Assembly: GCA_002753335.1 (NCBI GenBank)
Contig: PEAD01000010.1
Location: 62,001-87,045, forward strand
Source of the DNA: Nitrospirae bacterium MYbin3
GTDB taxonomy: Bacteria > Nitrospirota > Thermodesulfovibrionia > Thermodesulfovibrionales > Dissulfurispiraceae
Reading direction: 5' to 3'
Length of the DNA: 25,045 nt
Shown: one piece after another, positions 8,386 to 16,490 of the stretch
Numbering within the stretch: position 1 is the stretch's first letter
Layout of the letters: each line of letters opens with the position of its first letter
Program-made: the position numbers and the translations under genes
The notes under the pieces: model-generated
Database searches by the model: none
What the model saw: only the letters and a program-made list of their open reading frames with translations
What the model was told of the DNA's origin: nothing

Positions 8386-9606
8386 CTACGCAACCACATA
8401 CCTGGGATAAGCTAAAGGCCTGTCCACCTGCACTGCAGGAGTTACCTCTTTACCCGACAACGGCCTACCATTGCAATAATCGCATACCTCCAGATATTCC
8501 TTATTCAAAAGATAATTTTTTACAGCATCTTTTATAGTTCCTACATTTACCCCGTCGAGAACCCTGCTATAAATATCAACGTAATCAATCTTGCAGTCGG
8601 GGACCGCGAACAACCTGTTAGCGTTGGCCCCATACGGGCATCTGAAAAGCTTTCCGTCAGACAGAGTAGCCATATTCTTGGCGCAACAGTTCCTGAATAT
8701 TTCCCTATTCCCCTCTGCACCGCGTTTATGGGGTGCTATTTGAGCGCAATCAAGCCATTCAGCCGGTTTCAATATATGATAAGCAATTTTATGTTCTTCA
8801 AGTATATCTCTTAATTCATGCAGTTTTCTGGATAAAACACCGTAGTCCGTTATAATAACCGCCACCTTGGTATTTTTAAAATGAGCAATATCCGCAAGCT
8901 TCGGCACAATAGTGCCGTTTGTATATAAAAGAACCCGTTTTGCCTTTGGCTCCGTGGTAAGTCTTTCTACAATTACAGGCCACTCTTTATTCATAAAAGC
9001 GTCACCGCCGATAATACGGAAATCCATCACCTCATCGACCACCAAACAAAACGCATCTATAGACTTCAACAACATATCCAAATCGGAGTCCCTCGGCTTC
9101 TCGTAATACTGCATAAGGTTGGAGCAATCCTTGCATCTTAAAGAGCAGCGTTCGGTAATAATAATATCTATGCTCCTTAAAAAAAGTTTTTCAGGATGCA
9201 GATAGCCGTCATGACACAATATGCAGTTCTCTATCGCAAACTTCGTGTAATCTATGGCTGAGCCCGGATTGGCGCAAGAAAAATCAATGTCCCTTAATAA
9301 CAAACCTCCAGCATGCCAGTGGTAAAAACCGATGCCCTCGAGGAGATCAACAACATCCTTTATGGCGGCGACGGATATTAAAATAACCGCATCTTTATGT
9401 CTTTCCCTCAATCCCGGAGTAGGGATTACCTCCTTCCCGCAAAATTCAGAACCTGCAATCTTCATGCTGCTGTCGCAAAAACAATCGACTTCTATGCCTG
9501 CATCTTTACAGACAGACAACAAAACCCCGCCCACAATGCCTGCCCCGGCTATCACCACAGGCAGATCCCCGGCTTTGATTTCTTTTATGACATTTTCTTT
9601 TAACAT
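8386..9606 (-). CDS. Radical SAM enzyme with N-terminal Rossmann-like domain
   Basis: CSLRCKDC; IIGGDAF; YTNGT; C-terminal CC...DGKLFRCP...CDYC; N-terminal VIAGAGIVG...CFCDS. Confidence 0.88.
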   Translation of the reverse strand: MLKENVIKEIKAGDLPVVIAGAGIVGGVLLSVCKDAGIEVDCFCDSSMKIAGSEFCGKEVIPTPGLRERHKDAVILISVAAIKDVVDLLEGIGFYHWHAGGLLLRDIDFSCANPGSAIDYTKFAIENCILCHDGYLHPEKLFLRSIDIIITERCSLRCKDCSNLMQYYEKPRDSDLDMLLKSIDAFCLVVDEVMDFRIIGGDAFMNKEWPVIVERLTTEPKAKRVLLYTNGTIVPKLADIAHFKNTKVAVIITDYGVLSRKLHELRDILEEHKIAYHILKPAEWLDCAQIAPHKRGAEGNREIFRNCCAKNMATLSDGKLFRCPYGANANRLFAVPDCKIDYVDIYSRVLDGVNVGTIKDAVKNYLLNKEYLEVCDYCNGRPLSGKEVTPAVQVDRPLAYPRYVVA

Positions 9607-10692
9607 CTATTCGCCTTTACTCCCGCCGTATCTTTTATATGCCTTGAGTCTGCAGACCAGTATTATTAAAGCTGTTAATTTCAGTCTTATCAAAAGGGGC
9701 AGCACTATGCTGTTGCCTTTAGATGGGGAATAATGACTCAGGCAATCCCTCAAAAGAGCGGAATTTACTAGTTTGTCTATCTCTTCATAAATTCTTCTCC
9801 TGTTCTGTTTTGCAAGACTCCTGCAGGAGCGGACCATAAAAATAATCACGTAATGTACAAGTGCATGACCTATCTCTTTTTCGGCAGATATGCAGGACAA
9901 ACCCGCATGTTGACCAAAAAACTCAGCCGTATTCATTCTGAATACATTCATGTCATGCAATAGACTTTCACTGTTAACTATAGCCATGCTCGCAGACAAA
10001 TGGCTGTTGTGCATAGCATAAACATACAGCGCCTTGTTAACAAAAATTATTTTATCCGTATGCTTTAAATATTCGAGATTAAAAACAAAATCCTCAAACA
10101 GGCGCATTGATTCGTCAGCAACGAGGCCTTTGTCCTTAATAACCGACGCCTTGTATAACCTTCCCCAGCAGTAGCTAATCAGATGGTTGCTGGGATGTTT
10201 CAGAAAGTGGCTCACGTACGACATTATATCTGTTTTGTATAACACTTTTTTTTCATCTTCAAACGGTCCGGCCTCGGGATGAAAGGCAACGCTTTGTTTT
10301 ATTACCGCTCCGTTGTTTTCGATCTTCCTGAAATTAGCCATGACCATGTCAGGCTGGTGTTCGTAATAATTCGCAATCAATATCTCTATGGCTTCATCAT
10401 CAATAAAATCATCCGCATCCAAAAAAAATATGAAGTCTCCCGACGCACAGCGCACTCCTGTATTCCTTGCAGCAGCAGGCCCGCGGTTGTCTTGTGCTAT
10501 TACATAAACCCTTTTATCAGAAAGAGCATATTTATTGCACAGCGTTTCGCTGCGGTCAGTTGACCCGTCATTAACGAGTATAAGCTGTATATTGGTATAA
10601 CTCTGCCTTAGGACACTTCCGATAGACCTGTCCAAAAAGTCCTCTGCATTATATACGGGCATAACGATACTTACTAAAACCTGCGGCATCAT
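9607..10692 (-). CDS. Glycosyltransferase family 2
   Basis: VSIVMPVYNAE, ILVNDGSTD, GPAAARNTG, FLDADD (DxD), FEDFVFN. Start uncertain: ATG at 10692 or 10689, or TTG at 10707; ORF open to 10728. Confidence 0.92.
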   Translation of the reverse strand: MMPQVLVSIVMPVYNAEDFLDRSIGSVLRQSYTNIQLILVNDGSTDRSETLCNKYALSDKRVYVIAQDNRGPAAARNTGVRCASGDFIFFLDADDFIDDEAIEILIANYYEHQPDMVMANFRKIENNGAVIKQSVAFHPEAGPFEDEKKVLYKTDIMSYVSHFLKHPSNHLISYCWGRLYKASVIKDKGLVADESMRLFEDFVFNLEYLKHTDKIIFVNKALYVYAMHNSHLSASMAIVNSESLLHDMNVFRMNTAEFFGQHAGLSCISAEKEIGHALVHYVIIFMVRSCRSLAKQNRRRIYEEIDKLVNSALLRDCLSHYSPSKGNSIVLPLLIRLKLTALIILVCRLKAYKRYGGSKGE

Positions 10693-10711
10693 CTCGGAGC
10701 GTTCCAATTTG

Positions 10712-11203
10712 TCACCCGAGGCCTGCAAGTTTATTTAAGATTCCGTCGCATATCTCCGACGGGGGAGCATCTATCTTCATCGTAATTGCATTAACAGGAG
10801 GCTCTAACGCCTCAAACTGACTCTCCAACAAAGGTTCCTGAAAAAAATGTTCCCTTCTCGCTTTCATTCTCGCCGAAATAAAACTTTTATCGCCTTCAAG
10901 GTATATAAAAACTACTTTTGCATTCCCGTCGCCCGATAGCATCCGGCGGTATTCCTCTTTCAATGCAGAACAGGCAATAACAGCACCGCGACCTTTATTC
11001 CAGTCCCTTATATTTCGGGCTAAATTCAAAAGCCAAGGCATTCTGTCTTCATCCTTAAGCGGTATGGAATTTTTCATTTTATCGAGACTGCTTAGTGAAT
11101 GAAAATCATCGGCATCATAAAAATCAATATCAAGTCTGTCAGATAGCATCTTTCCTACAGTAGTCTTGCCCGAACCCGAAACCCCCATAACTACATATAC
11201 CAT
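10712..11203 (-). CDS. Gluconokinase (GntK/IdnK family) carbohydrate kinase
   Basis: MGVSGSGKTTVG P-loop, DADDFH, PLKDEDRMPWL, ACSALKEEYR, LLESQFEALEPP. Confidence 0.9.
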   Translation of the reverse strand: MVYVVMGVSGSGKTTVGKMLSDRLDIDFYDADDFHSLSSLDKMKNSIPLKDEDRMPWLLNLARNIRDWNKGRGAVIACSALKEEYRRMLSGDGNAKVVFIYLEGDKSFISARMKARREHFFQEPLLESQFEALEPPVNAITMKIDAPPSEICDGILNKLAGLG

Positions 11204-11227
11204 ATCCGTACCGGTTCTGCAGAAAGC

Positions 11228-13015
11228 CTACGCCATATTTTTCTTAAACTCTTCCCTGTCGAGAAAAGGCCACAGGTCTTCCATAGGCATCGACTCCATA
11301 GAGCCGTCTTCCCTCTGCCTCGATGAAACCCGCGGAGCAGTACCCTGCTCCGGAGACACCATAACCTCGCAGATAACCGGTCCATCAATTTCGAGTATGT
11401 CACGAACCTTCTCTCTGATTCCGGAGTTGTTTTCGAGCCTAACCGGGGTTATGCCAAAGGCCTTTGCCACTGCGATTATATCGGGGAGTGTGAGACCGCT
11501 CGACCTTGTACTGGCAACATAATTTCCGCCGAAATAGTTGCGCTGGGTGGTCTGGATCGAAACATACCCACCGTTGTTCAGGATAAAGAATTTAATCGGC
11601 AGCCCCAGTCTTTTAACAGTCTCCAGATCCTGTATATTCATGGCAAAGCCGCCGTCACCCTCTATGCAGACAGTCCGCTTCATTCCGGCTGCGACACATC
11701 CGCCTATAGCGGCAGGAACGCCGAACCCCATAGAACCGAGCCCCTGACTGTTTAAAATCCTCATCCCTGACTTGACCCTTATCGCCTGCATAGTGCGTTC
11801 ACTGCAGGCACCTGAACTGCCGGGTATCACCAAGTCATCGCCGGATAATTCATCCGAAAGAGCATCTATAAGCAGATAATCGTTAACAAAGCCTCTGTCC
11901 TCAAAGTATTCCGGCAGTACAACCGGATACCTCTCCTGCCATTCCTTGCATCTATTAAGCCATGCCAGCCTGTCTTTATTCTCTATAATCGAAAAATGCT
12001 TGATAATCTCTCGTAGAAAGTCTCCGGCATCAGCTTTTACAGGAATATCTATCTTCATCTGCAGTTTATTTATCTCGGCAGCATCTATGTCCACAATAAT
12101 CTTAAAAGCGTTTTTGGCGAAATGTCCATGACTGTATGCTGTCTGGCCAAAATCCAGACGCGCCCCGACAACCAGCAGCCAGTCCGCATTCTGCTGCGTG
12201 AAGTTGGCGCCGCGTTGTCCTATGGCCCCGGGCCTGCCTGCATACAGAGGATGGTCGTCCGTAATAATATCTGCAGCCTTCCATGTGGTCAACAAAGGAA
12301 CCCCGAGCCGTTCAACAACACGATAAAAGTCAGCCGTCGCTTTCGACAGCCTTATACCGTTGCCGGCAAGGATCACAGGACGCTCAGCTTTGTTCAACGC
12401 TTCAAGTGCGTGAACAACATCTCTCGCAAGGTTTTCGATGCCTGATGAACGCTGTTCTTCAGCAATTTCGAATCCTTCAAGGTTGTCCTCATCTACCATC
12501 GCTGCCTGAACATCAAGAGGTATATCTATCCAGACCGGACCGGGCCGGCCATGTCTGGCCAGATATACTGCTTTTTCGAGATGGTAGCGTATCGCTGCCG
12601 GCTCCAACACTGTTGCCGCATATTTAGTGATCGAACAGACAAGACCTACTATATCTATCTCCTGAAACCCCATCTGCCGTACACCGCGGTCTCCAGAGAG
12701 GTCCTGCCGCTTTACCTGCCCCGAAATTATAATAACCGGAATAGAGTCGAGCCATGATGCGGCAACCCCTGTAATGGTGTTTGTTCCGCCGGGCCCTGTT
12801 GTCACAAGGGCCGCTCCGATATTATTAGTATATTGGCTGTATGCATCTGCAGCGATAGCTGCGGCCTGTTCGTGCAGCATGCAGATGTATGATAGCTTTG
12901 CATTCCTACCTGCAGAATCGACGAGATGCATGGCCCCGCCGCCCGGAAGCATGAAAATATGTTTTACGCCAAGGTTTGCGATGTAATCAACCACATAATC
13001 CGAAAGCTTAATCAC
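11228..13015 (-). CDS. Thiamine diphosphate-dependent enzyme (acetolactate synthase-like, YerE-type in this context)
   Basis: HEQAAAIAADAY, VTTGPGGTN, GRPGPVWIDIPLDVQ, GSMGFGVPAAIG and the ThDP-binding motif GDGGFAMN...LNNGGY. GTG start overlaps the upstream TGA stop (GTGA). Confidence 0.92.
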   Translation of the reverse strand: MIKLSDYVVDYIANLGVKHIFMLPGGGAMHLVDSAGRNAKLSYICMLHEQAAAIAADAYSQYTNNIGAALVTTGPGGTNTITGVAASWLDSIPVIIISGQVKRQDLSGDRGVRQMGFQEIDIVGLVCSITKYAATVLEPAAIRYHLEKAVYLARHGRPGPVWIDIPLDVQAAMVDEDNLEGFEIAEEQRSSGIENLARDVVHALEALNKAERPVILAGNGIRLSKATADFYRVVERLGVPLLTTWKAADIITDDHPLYAGRPGAIGQRGANFTQQNADWLLVVGARLDFGQTAYSHGHFAKNAFKIIVDIDAAEINKLQMKIDIPVKADAGDFLREIIKHFSIIENKDRLAWLNRCKEWQERYPVVLPEYFEDRGFVNDYLLIDALSDELSGDDLVIPGSSGACSERTMQAIRVKSGMRILNSQGLGSMGFGVPAAIGGCVAAGMKRTVCIEGDGGFAMNIQDLETVKRLGLPIKFFILNNGGYVSIQTTQRNYFGGNYVASTRSSGLTLPDIIAVAKAFGITPVRLENNSGIREKVRDILEIDGPVICEVMVSPEQGTAPRVSSRQREDGSMESMPMEDLWPFLDREEFKKNMA

Positions 13016-13602
13016 TCTTTGCTCCTTCCATCCAAAAGCAATGTTAAAGCCTCGGCAGTTTTCAGACTCGAACTATTCCAGGGTCTCGGCCAAAGAATGT
13101 TTCTTATGCCCAAGCCTTCAGTAGCATTAATATTTACCGGACTGTCATCGACAAAAATATCAACCTTAGAAATCCATTTCAAAAAAGCGGATTTATCGCT
13201 GTCATAGTCCGGGATAGACTGCCCCTCTCTTTTAGAGGGAACAAAATGAAAAGTCCTTATCCATCTGCCGAAATTCTTCAAAACCCATTGAGCTGAAGCT
13301 GAAGCCGCAAGCAGCGGGACCGCCGTAAGCGCGATGTGCCGAAAATTATTGCCGTATTTCAAAAACCATTCCATAACTTCATCCGTCGGCTTCATTCGCT
13401 GATACATGGAAGAAAGACGATACTCGTCCAGAGAGTTCAAATAGTCGCCAAGCTGAACACCCAACAGCATATGAGGCGGGTTCTCATTAATCTGCCCGTA
13501 TCTTAATTTGCATCCGTTATGCTCCCTTGTCCATTTCTGCTCAAACCAGTCATGCATCAAGTTGTTGAGCACATCGTCAACGTCCCATGCTATCGTCTTC
13601 AT
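13012..13602 (-). CDS. HAD-superfamily phosphatase, 5'(3')-nucleotidase NT5C-like
   Basis: Motif I IAWDVDDVL, motif II ALTA, motif III/IV K...IFVDDSPVN, and RPWN. Confidence 0.8.
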   Translation of the reverse strand: MKTIAWDVDDVLNNLMHDWFEQKWTREHNGCKLRYGQINENPPHMLLGVQLGDYLNSLDEYRLSSMYQRMKPTDEVMEWFLKYGNNFRHIALTAVPLLAASASAQWVLKNFGRWIRTFHFVPSKREGQSIPDYDSDKSAFLKWISKVDIFVDDSPVNINATEGLGIRNILWPRPWNSSSLKTAEALTLLLDGRSKE

Positions 13603-13608
13603 CCTGTT

Positions 13609-15138
13609 TTACGAAACCGGCTTAAGCAGCCAGTCCGACCAAAAGGTAAGGGCGGTTTTCCTGTTTTTATTGTTTATCACATCGAGGTCATCATAAAAAG
13701 AGTCGTCATTATAGTGGGTGGTGGATATCTCCTCGAATATCGTTCCCCCGGCAGAACTGAAGCTATGCTTTTTATCTCTTTCAACTATCACCATCTCGCC
13801 CGCCTTGCAGCGCCTCTCTTCTCCATCGAGGCTAACCGCCATATCGCCGTACAGCACATGAAAGGTTTCTTCCTTCTTCTTGTGGCGGTGCACAGGATGC
13901 TTCTGTCCGGGCAACAATATTATCAGCTTCTTGCAGTATTCCCGGTTGATGCAGTTAATAATCGTCGCCCCCCACTCTTCGAACCTGTCCAGCCCATAAT
14001 GATGAGATATTTCCATCTCGAGTTTGTCGGGCAGCACAACTCTGCTCTCGATAAGCAAGCAACTTATTTTTTTAACAATTACCAGGACCTTATCTCTTAA
14101 ATTTGTAATATTTATATCGGCAATAAATACAGGCTGATCAGCATTTATGTCCTTATCCGCAACAAACTCAGAATATTTCGACATCTGGTTTGAAACCATC
14201 TGTCCCTCAAGATTAGGGATGGCAAAAAAGGTATTAAAGGCGTCAACTCTTTCTCCCTTTTTAATATTCATCTTTGAAAAAACGCCCCTCTGCAACCCTC
14301 TTAAATCACTCATCTCTTTTTCTGTCCCCTCAAATCTTGTTTCAGAAATGCCGCACATGGCTAATGCTTCTTGTGCCGACTTAAGCCATGCGTCAATATT
14401 CTCCGGAGTTGAAGAATAGGCATTGATCGCATATTTATCAGTTTTTACCGCCACATGCCGCTCAAAAACCGATGCGCCTTTGCCTATAGCGATTTTTACC
14501 GCTTCGTAATTATCTGGAGACTCGTGGGTCGAATAGCCTACAGACACCTCCGGATATCTCTTTCTTAACAGGTCTATCTGGTTTAGCTGCATATTTTTTT
14601 TATCCGTCGGATATTCGCCTACACAATGCATCAGGCAAAAATCTTTATCCCTATGTTCAAAAAATGATACGACCTTATCTATGTCTTCCAATTCAGCTCC
14701 CGCTGTGGAGGCAATCAAAGGTTTCGAGGTTTTCACGATCCTCTCGAGCAGCGGCCAGTCTGTAAATGAACAGCTCGCTATCTTGATAATGTCATAGCCG
14801 TGCTTTTCTATAAGATCTACAGACCTCTCGTCAAATGGCGTACACATAGTTATAAATCCAAGCCTTTCAGCTTCATTCTTTAATTCAATAAACTGCTCTG
14901 CAGACAACTTCGTCTCGATAAAACGCTTCACATATTTAAAGTCTGTACTGTTCTTGAAATCCGGGTGAATGAAGGTATCTATATCCCTGTACTGAAATTT
15001 AAATGCAAACTTAAACGGGAACCTCTTGCAAACATTATGCATCTCTCTGATGATATTAAGGCCATGCACGACATCTCCCATATGATTATTAGCCATCTCA
15101 AAGATAAAAAGCCCGTTAAAATGTTCGCTGTTTTTCAT
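13609..15138 (-). CDS. NeuB-family PEP-dependent 2-keto-3-deoxy acid (ulosonate) synthase fused to SAF and C-terminal cupin domains
   Basis: FEMANNHMG, FKFQ, TPFD, KIAS, LMHCVGEYPT, GYSTHE, ERH; SAF RGVFSKMNIKKGE; cupin CKKLIILLPGQKHPVHRHKKKEETF...HSF...EEIST. ATG at 15138 overlaps the rfbH stop (TAATG) with AGGA upstream. Confidence 0.88.
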   Translation of the reverse strand: MKNSEHFNGLFIFEMANNHMGDVVHGLNIIREMHNVCKRFPFKFAFKFQYRDIDTFIHPDFKNSTDFKYVKRFIETKLSAEQFIELKNEAERLGFITMCTPFDERSVDLIEKHGYDIIKIASCSFTDWPLLERIVKTSKPLIASTAGAELEDIDKVVSFFEHRDKDFCLMHCVGEYPTDKKNMQLNQIDLLRKRYPEVSVGYSTHESPDNYEAVKIAIGKGASVFERHVAVKTDKYAINAYSSTPENIDAWLKSAQEALAMCGISETRFEGTEKEMSDLRGLQRGVFSKMNIKKGERVDAFNTFFAIPNLEGQMVSNQMSKYSEFVADKDINADQPVFIADINITNLRDKVLVIVKKISCLLIESRVVLPDKLEMEISHHYGLDRFEEWGATIINCINREYCKKLIILLPGQKHPVHRHKKKEETFHVLYGDMAVSLDGEERRCKAGEMVIVERDKKHSFSSAGGTIFEEISTTHYNDDSFYDDLDVINNKNRKTALTFWSDWLLKPVS

Positions 15139-16490
15139 TATCCTTTCCTGTTGCCGCAAAATGCCCTTATTTCTTCCGCCATAAAATCAATCATTGCATC
15201 ACCGATTCCCGGATAGACGCCGATCCAGAAGGCATTTTCTGTGACACTATCGGTATTCCTGAGGTCTCCCACAATCCTGTAGCCTTTGCCTGTTCTCCTC
15301 ATTTCATCAAAGCAGGGATGTCTTACGATATTTCCTGCAAAGAGCATCCTTGTCTGTATTCCTCTATCTTCAAGGTGATTTACAATCTCATCCCTTGTAA
15401 ATCCGGCGTCTTCTCTCAGCGTAAGCATAAAACCGAACCAACTGGGGTCGGTACCTGCAGTCGCCTCGGGCAAAATGAACCTGTCCGACAGACCCGCCAA
15501 ACCATCCCTTAAGAGCTTCCAGTTCTTTTTCCTTGCCTTTATAAAATCAGGCAGCTTCTCGAGTTGAGCGCATCCTATTGCGGCCTGCATTTCTGTGGCT
15601 TTTAGATTATAGCCAAAATGGGAGTAAACATATTTATGGTCATACCCAAAAGGCAGTTCTCCAAGCTGTTGTTTAAAGCGTTTTTTACATGTATTATCAT
15701 GACCGGAACTACACCGGCAGTCTCTTCCCCAATCCCTCAATGATTGGATTATTATCCCAAGATCCACGCTATCTGTATATACCGCCCCACCTTCGCCCAT
15801 AGTTATATGATGCGGGGGATAAAAACTTGAGGTGCCCAAATGGCCGGCAGTGCCCGTAAACCTCCATTCACCGTTGTCCAAGTACCTTGAACCGAGGGCA
15901 TCGCAGTTGTCCTCTATCAGCCATAGATTATACTTATCGCAAAAGTTTTTTACCGTCTTTATATCGAAAGGATTGCCGAGTGTATGGGCAACCATAAGCG
16001 CCCTTGTTTTATCCGACAAGGCTGATTCCAATTGATCACAATCTATGTTATACGCCGGCAATGTTATATCCACAAAGACAGGCTCAGCACCGTATTGAAT
16101 GATAGGCGCAATAGTTGTTGGAAAACCGGCAGCAACGGTTATAATTTCATCACCTTTATTGATCCTTTTCTCTCCAAGCTTATACGAAGTAAGCGCCGCA
16201 AATGCAAGGAAATTGGCCGACGAACCAGAATTTACCAGCAAACTGTATTTGACCCCCAGAAACTCTGCAAATGTCTTTTCGAATTGCTCTGCATAATCCC
16301 CTGATGTGAGCCAGAAAGCGAGCGATGCATCTATAAGGTTAAGTATCTCTTTTTCATCAAAAACCCGGCCTGCATACTTAATCCTCGACTTGCCGGGAAT
16401 AAAAGGGGCATTTAGGGCAGTTTTGTGCACTTCTTCATAATATGTCTTTGCATTCAAAACAATTTCTTCTTTGAGTTTATCGGCAATCAT
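15138..16490 (-). CDS. rfbH: CDP-4-keto-6-deoxy-D-glucose 3-dehydratase (E1, RfbH/DdhC)
   Basis: VNSGSSAN, AHTLGNPF, IEDNCDALGS, SFYPPHHITMGEGG (His at the aminotransferase Lys position), Cys cluster DWGRDCRC..GHDNTC, YDHKYVYSHFGYNLK. Confidence 0.95.
   Translation of the reverse strand: MIADKLKEEIVLNAKTYYEEVHKTALNAPFIPGKSRIKYAGRVFDEKEILNLIDASLAFWLTSGDYAEQFEKTFAEFLGVKYSLLVNSGSSANFLAFAALTSYKLGEKRINKGDEIITVAAGFPTTIAPIIQYGAEPVFVDITLPAYNIDCDQLESALSDKTRALMVAHTLGNPFDIKTVKNFCDKYNLWLIEDNCDALGSRYLDNGEWRFTGTAGHLGTSSFYPPHHITMGEGGAVYTDSVDLGIIIQSLRDWGRDCRCSSGHDNTCKKRFKQQLGELPFGYDHKYVYSHFGYNLKATEMQAAIGCAQLEKLPDFIKARKKNWKLLRDGLAGLSDRFILPEATAGTDPSWFGFMLTLREDAGFTRDEIVNHLEDRGIQTRMLFAGNIVRHPCFDEMRRTGKGYRIVGDLRNTDSVTENAFWIGVYPGIGDAMIDFMAEEIRAFCGNRKG

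Noticed and set aside
688..9606. RiPP cluster interpretation of the radical SAM/SPASM genes
   Set aside because: No precursor ORF, RRE/PqqD domain, peptidase or peptide exporter is visible, and the context is entirely sugar metabolism.
11228..13015. Housekeeping acetolactate synthase (ilvB)
   Set aside because: No ilvN/ilvH or ilvC nearby; its position downstream of rfbGH fits a YerE-like role.
13609..15138. Canonical sialic, legionaminic or pseudaminic acid biosynthesis
   Set aside because: No neuA, neuC or pse/leg genes in the window and the NeuB motifs are divergent. It cannot be fully excluded because the operon continues beyond both edges.
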